In this document: positions 59,708 to 64,000 of the stretch, in pieces
Layout: the number at the start of each line of letters is the position of its first letter
Position numbering within the stretch: position 1 is the stretch's first letter
Assembly (NCBI GenBank): GCA_963662335.2
Contig: CAXXVD010000001.1
Span: forward strand, 544,001-608,000
Source of the DNA: Chloroflexota bacterium
GTDB lineage: Bacteria; Chloroflexota; UBA11872; VXOZ01
Direction of reading: 5' to 3'
Length of the DNA stretch: 64,000 nucleotides
Made by a program: the position numbers and the translations under genes
Notes under the pieces: model-generated
What the model was told of the DNA's origin: nothing
The model's input: only the letters and a program-made list of their open reading frames with translations
The model's database searches: none

Positions 59708-61690
59708 ATGAGCGCAAGCGCCAACCGGACCTACCGTGTCGTGAGGCGGCAACTGCGGGCGCACCTGCACCTGCTGGCGGGCATTGTCGCGCTCGTGATC
59801 GTCAGCACCGGCGTGAGCCTCGTCTCGCCGCTGCTGGTCAAGCGGCTCATCGACGAGGCCATTCCCGCGCGGGACGTCTCGCTGATCGTGTTACTGCTCG
59901 TCGGCATCGTCCTCTTTCCGCTCGTCGCGATGACGCTGGGAGCGGTGCAGAACTACCTGCGCGCCGGCATCGGCGAAGCGGTTTCGCAATCGCTCCGGCA
60001 GGCGCTCTTCAATCATCTCTTGTACGTGCGCATGCGCGATCTGGAGCGCATCGCCAGCGGCCGCATCATCCGCACGATCATGAAAGTCTGCGGTGAGATC
60101 GGCGAGATGTACGTGGCCAACGAGTTGCTGCCGGTTTTTACCAACGCCGTGCTCTTGCTGGGTACGTTGGGCGTCATGTTCTTCCTGAATATTCGCCTGC
60201 TGCTGGCAAGCCTGGTGGTTCTGCCGCTCTCCTATCTCTTTGCGCAATGGATGCGCAATTACGCGGAACGCCTTGACCAGGAGTTCATTCAGAACAGAGA
60301 GCGCGGCATGAACTACCTGCAAGACGTTGTCCCGGGCATGCGCACCGTGCGCGCCGGTACCGCGCAGCCGTATGAAACGGCGCGGTGGCTGGAGTGGCTC
60401 AAGGCGGACTGGCGGCTCAAGGCAAAGAGCATCACGTTCCACAACCTGGTGCGCACGCTGCCGCTGGACCTCATTCAGACTGTCGCGGTCGGACTGGTGT
60501 ACGGCTACGGCGCGTACGAGGTGATGAGTGGGAGATTGAGTATCGGGGGCTTGGTGGCCTTCATCATCTACGTGCCGCGCGCCTACACGGCGCTGGAAGC
60601 CATCCTCTCCGGCCACATCAGCACCGGCCAGGCCAAAGCCGCCGCCGAGCGCATCGACTCGCTGCTCGCCCTGCCGTGCGAAGAGAATCCGCCCGCCGCG
60701 CCAGACGCCGTGCGCGGCTTGCCCCTGGGCGTGGGACGGGCGGAGCGAGCGACTGACACCAATGACGGAGGCCAAGCTGCGGCGACATCGCTTTCGAAGA
60801 CGGTCTCGCGGAAAGAGATTTCGGCAACAGGCGAAGCCCCATCCGTACGTACTTCGACAGGCTCAGCACGAACGGATGGCGGCGCTGCCAGGGAACCCGG
60901 CGGAGTTGGCATAGCACTCGGTGGAGTCAGCAAAGTCCCTGGCGGAAATGGCAAAGGCTCCGGCGGCGCTGCCATAGAGTTCGCAAATGTCTCGTTCGAC
61001 TACGGCCGCGACGGCTTTGGCTTGGAAGAGGTGTCGTTTCGCGCCGAAACCGGAGAGTTCATCGGCGTCGTCGGGCCGAGCGGCGGCGGCAAGAGCACCG
61101 TCATCGACCTGCTGCTGCGCTTCTACGAACCCCGCTCCGGCGCGATCCGCGTAGACGGCGAGGACATAGAGTCGCTGCCGCTCTCGAACCTGCGCGGCAT
61201 GGTCGGCCTCGTGCCCCAGGACGTCTTCCTCTGGAACGACACTATCTACGCCAACCTCGTGTATCCCGTGCGCGACGTGCCGCGAACGCGCGTCATCGCG
61301 GCGGCCAAGGCGGCGCAACTCCACGACTTCGTCCAGTCGCTGCCCCGGGGCTACGACACGCCCGTCGGCGAGCGCGGAGTGGCGCTTTCCGGCGGCGAAC
61401 GCCAACGCCTGGCGCTCTGCCGCGCAATGCTTGCGCAACCGCGCATCCTCCTGCTGGATGAGGCCGCGTCCGCCCTGGACGCGCTCACCGACCAAAAGGT
61501 GCGCGCCGCCCTGGAATCGGCACGGCAGGGACGCACCACCATCGTGGTGGCGCACCGGCTCATCAGCGTGATGCACGCCGACAGGATTCTGGCGCTCGAC
61601 CAGGGCAGGCTGGTGCAAGATGGCGCGCCCCAAACACTGCGCGCCCAGCCGGGTCTCTTCCAAGACCTCTACCAGGCGCAGAAGCTGTGA
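59708..61690 (+). CDS. ABC exporter (fused TMD plus NBD, MsbA/MdlB-like) with long TMD-NBD linker
   Basis: TM domain; GPSGGGKST, LSGGERQR, LLDEA, VAHRL; ATG 59708 after GAGGAGG. Confidence 0.93.
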   Translation: MSASANRTYRVVRRQLRAHLHLLAGIVALVIVSTGVSLVSPLLVKRLIDEAIPARDVSLIVLLLVGIVLFPLVAMTLGAVQNYLRAGIGEAVSQSLRQALFNHLLYVRMRDLERIASGRIIRTIMKVCGEIGEMYVANELLPVFTNAVLLLGTLGVMFFLNIRLLLASLVVLPLSYLFAQWMRNYAERLDQEFIQNRERGMNYLQDVVPGMRTVRAGTAQPYETARWLEWLKADWRLKAKSITFHNLVRTLPLDLIQTVAVGLVYGYGAYEVMSGRLSIGGLVAFIIYVPRAYTALEAILSGHISTGQAKAAAERIDSLLALPCEENPPAAPDAVRGLPLGVGRAERATDTNDGGQAAATSLSKTVSRKEISATGEAPSVRTSTGSARTDGGAAREPGGVGIALGGVSKVPGGNGKGSGGAAIEFANVSFDYGRDGFGLEEVSFRAETGEFIGVVGPSGGGKSTVIDLLLRFYEPRSGAIRVDGEDIESLPLSNLRGMVGLVPQDVFLWNDTIYANLVYPVRDVPRTRVIAAAKAAQLHDFVQSLPRGYDTPVGERGVALSGGERQRLALCRAMLAQPRILLLDEAASALDALTDQKVRAALESARQGRTTIVVAHRLISVMHADRILALDQGRLVQDGAPQTLRAQPGLFQDLYQAQKL

Positions 61691-61725
61691 TTGCCCGGGA
61701 ACGAAGCGTTGTCTCAGCAAGGAAG

Positions 61726-61780
61726 AGGGCAACCACAAGGGTTGCCCCTACCCTCTGGTAGCGTAGGATTGCAACCAGCG
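61726..61780. repeat. GTAG-type REP (AGGGCAACCACAAGGGTTGCCCCTAC) plus degenerate family D
   Basis: Hairpin ending in CTAC. Confidence 0.7.
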
Positions 61781-61909
61781 CCGCGCGTCGCCCGTGTGCG
61801 CGCGATGCAAGCGCAGTTGCGCACTTGCCCGGTTGCCGCAGCCGGATGCGGGCGCGTATAATCGCCACAGGAACCCACCGCTGCGTACGATGCGAGAAGC
61901 CGCTTTCCC

Positions 61910-62926
61910 ATGCGCGTTTTGATTACGGGCGTTACCGGCTTTGCGGGCAGCCATTTGGCGGATACGTGCCTGGCGCGCGGGGCTGAGGTGTGGGGCTTGG
62001 CGCACGCGCCGGGGCCGCATCCGCATCTGGCGCACCTGGGCGAGCGCGTGCGGCTCTACAAGGCGGACATTACCGCTGAGGCGAGCGTGCGCGCCACGCT
62101 GGCGGCTATCGCGCCGGATTGGATCTTCCATCTGGCGGCCCAGGCGCACGTGCCGGCGGCGTGGCAGAATCCCGCCGCGACCTTGAGCACCAATATCCTG
62201 GGACAACTGCACGTCATCCAAGCCATGCGGGAGCACGCGCCGGCGGCGCGGCTGCTGACGGTGAGTTCCAGCAGCGTCTACGGAATGGTGGAAGAGGAGG
62301 CCCAGCCGGTAGACGAGGAGACGCCGTTGCGTCCCGCCGACCCCTACGCGGTGAGCAAGGTGGGACAGGAGATGCTGGCGGTGCAGTTTGGGCAGAGCCA
62401 CGGCCTAGACAGCGTGCGGGTGCGGCCGTTCAACCACATTGGGCCGCGCCAAGCGCCGGATTTCGTCATTGCCCGCTTCGCGCGGGAACTGGCGCGCATG
62501 GAGGCGGGTCTGCGGCCGCCTGTGCTGCGCGTGGGCAACATGAGCGCCAAGCGCGACTTCACCGACGTGCGCGACGTGGCGAACGCCTACTGGCTGGCGC
62601 TGGAGAAGGGCGCGCCCGGCGCGGTGTATACGATTGGTTCAGGCGTTGCGCGCTCGATTGACGAGATGCTGCAGCTCATGCTGGGTCTCACGCAGGTGGA
62701 CGTACAGGTGGAAACCGATCCGGCGCTCTTCCGGCCGGGCGACGCGCCGGTTCTGCAGGCGGATCCGCGCGCGTTCCAGCGGCAGACCGGCTGGCGCGCC
62801 AAAATCCCCCTGGAACAGACCTTGCGGGACACCCTGGACTACTGGCGGGAGCGGGAGTGCGCGGAAGATGGATTTCCGCGAAAACGGGAATCACCATGGC
62901 CGCCCGCTGGCCACAAGAGGGAGTGA
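61910..62926 (+). CDS. Extended-SDR nucleotide-sugar enzyme, GDP-4-keto-6-deoxy-D-mannose reductase (Rmd)/GDP-mannose dehydratase family
   Basis: ITGVTGFAG, HLAAQ, YAVSK, RPFNHIGPRQ, RDFTDVRD. Confidence 0.88.
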   Translation: MRVLITGVTGFAGSHLADTCLARGAEVWGLAHAPGPHPHLAHLGERVRLYKADITAEASVRATLAAIAPDWIFHLAAQAHVPAAWQNPAATLSTNILGQLHVIQAMREHAPAARLLTVSSSSVYGMVEEEAQPVDEETPLRPADPYAVSKVGQEMLAVQFGQSHGLDSVRVRPFNHIGPRQAPDFVIARFARELARMEAGLRPPVLRVGNMSAKRDFTDVRDVANAYWLALEKGAPGAVYTIGSGVARSIDEMLQLMLGLTQVDVQVETDPALFRPGDAPVLQADPRAFQRQTGWRAKIPLEQTLRDTLDYWRERECAEDGFPRKRESPWPPAGHKRE

Positions 62927-62937
62927 AAACGCACGCG

Positions 62938-63049
62938 TATCTCTCCGTTCATACTTCGACAAGCTCAGCACGAACGGAGAGATATGCGTGCGAAGTTGCT
63001 ACACGTTTAGTCCGCCGTTCACCCTTCGACGTTGCTCAGGGGGAACGGC
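62938..63049. repeat. Two family-F hairpins (62938-62984, 63014-63049)
   Basis: TCTCTCCGTTC-ATACTTCGACAAGCTCAGCAC-GAACGGAGAGA. Confidence 0.8.
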
Positions 63050-63113
63050 TAGATTTCGCTGTTTTCAGATTGATGACGGGACTTGAACTGCGAGAAGGAG
63101 CGCCTGAGACACG

Positions 63114-64000
63114 ATGGAGTCTGCACCAATCACGTTTGGCACCGACGGCTGGCGCGCCATCATCGGCGCGGACTATACGGTCGAGAACGTGCGCCTCCTC
63201 ACGCAGGCGGTGGCGCAGCACTGGCTGGCGGCGCATCCGGCGGAAGCCGAACGCGGCCTCGTCGTAGCCTACGACACCCGTTTCAACGCCGAGATGTTCG
63301 CGGCGGCGGCGGCTGAGGTGCTGGCCGGCAACGGCATTCCCGCCGCGCTGACCCACGCGCCCACGCCCACGCCGGTCTTTGCCCACGCCATCGTGCACCG
63401 GCAGGCCGGCGGCGGCATTACGCTCACGGCCAGCCACAATCCGTTCGACTACCAGGGCTACAAGGTGCGGTCGGCCTACGGCGGGGCCACGCCGCCGGAC
63501 GAACTGGCGCAGATCGAGCGGATCGCCAACGGGTTGCATTCGCGTGACGTGCGTTCGCTCACCCTGGCCCAAGCCGAGCAACAGGGGCTTTATAGGGAAT
63601 TCGATGCCGCGCCCGCGTATCTGCGGCACATTGGCGAACTGGTCGACCTGGGCGGCCTGCGCGCCTGGGACGGCACGCTGGTGGTGGACGCCATGTACGG
63701 CGCCGGCCGCGACTGGTTCAGCAACATCCTCCAGGGCGGCTCGCTGCGGGTCTACGACCTGCACAACGAGCGCAATCCTATGTTCCCCGGCCTGCACAAT
63801 CCCGAGCCGATTCCCGGCAACCTGCACGACCTCTTCAGCATCGTGCGCCAGATGGGGGCGCAGGTGGGCCTGGCAACCGACGGCGACGCGGACCGCCTGG
63901 GCGCGTGCGACGAGCGGGGCGCGTTCTTGAACCAACTGACCGTGATGTCGCTGCTGGCGCTCTATCTGCTGGAAGCGCGCGGCCTGCGTGGGCCGATTGT
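63114..64000 (+). CDS. Phosphoglucomutase/phosphomannomutase, runs off the window end (absent from ORF track)
   Basis: Hand translation: MESAPITFGTDGWR..AYDTR..TASHNP (catalytic Ser)..DGDADR (metal loop). Confidence 0.94.
   Translation, partial: MESAPITFGTDGWRAIIGADYTVENVRLLTQAVAQHWLAAHPAEAERGLVVAYDTRFNAEMFAAAAAEVLAGNGIPAALTHAPTPTPVFAHAIVHRQAGGGITLTASHNPFDYQGYKVRSAYGGATPPDELAQIERIANGLHSRDVRSLTLAQAEQQGLYREFDAAPAYLRHIGELVDLGGLRAWDGTLVVDAMYGAGRDWFSNILQGGSLRVYDLHNERNPMFPGLHNPEPIPGNLHDLFSIVRQMGAQVGLATDGDADRLGACDERGAFLNQLTVMSLLALYLLEARGLRGPI

Overview
High-GC bacterial chromosomal segment. Gene content (PT-rich linkers, GH-O-antigen-ligase fusion, cdaA-cdaR, orphan Tat lipoprotein SBPs) suggests a Chloroflexota-like organism, but this is inference. 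It holds about 51 CDSs, mostly housekeeping and metabolic: alr, recA-secD-hisZ/S-hisG-secF, two-domain thyX, argF-cdaA-cdaR, alaS, mnmA, aroF-(ahpD-like)-aroA, pstSCAB, hflX, rmd-like and a partial PGM/PMM, plus tandem GMC oxidoreductases, transporters and glycosylation genes. No rRNA, tRNA, CRISPR, prophage or transposase was seen. The notable signals are non-coding. (1) At least seven families of short palindromic REP-like elements crowd the intergenic spaces and form nested mosaics. (2) Four of these elements carry degenerate 20-22-nt tandem arrays built from their own outer end, and the only array with a 21-nt (frame-preserving) period lies inside a gene. (3) REP-derived sequence is translated in frame in four proteins (ThyX, HisZ/S, an ABC exporter, Rmd). 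(4) An unannotated 19-aa Phe/Tyr-rich leader peptide with an antiterminator and terminator forms a complete attenuator upstream of aroF.
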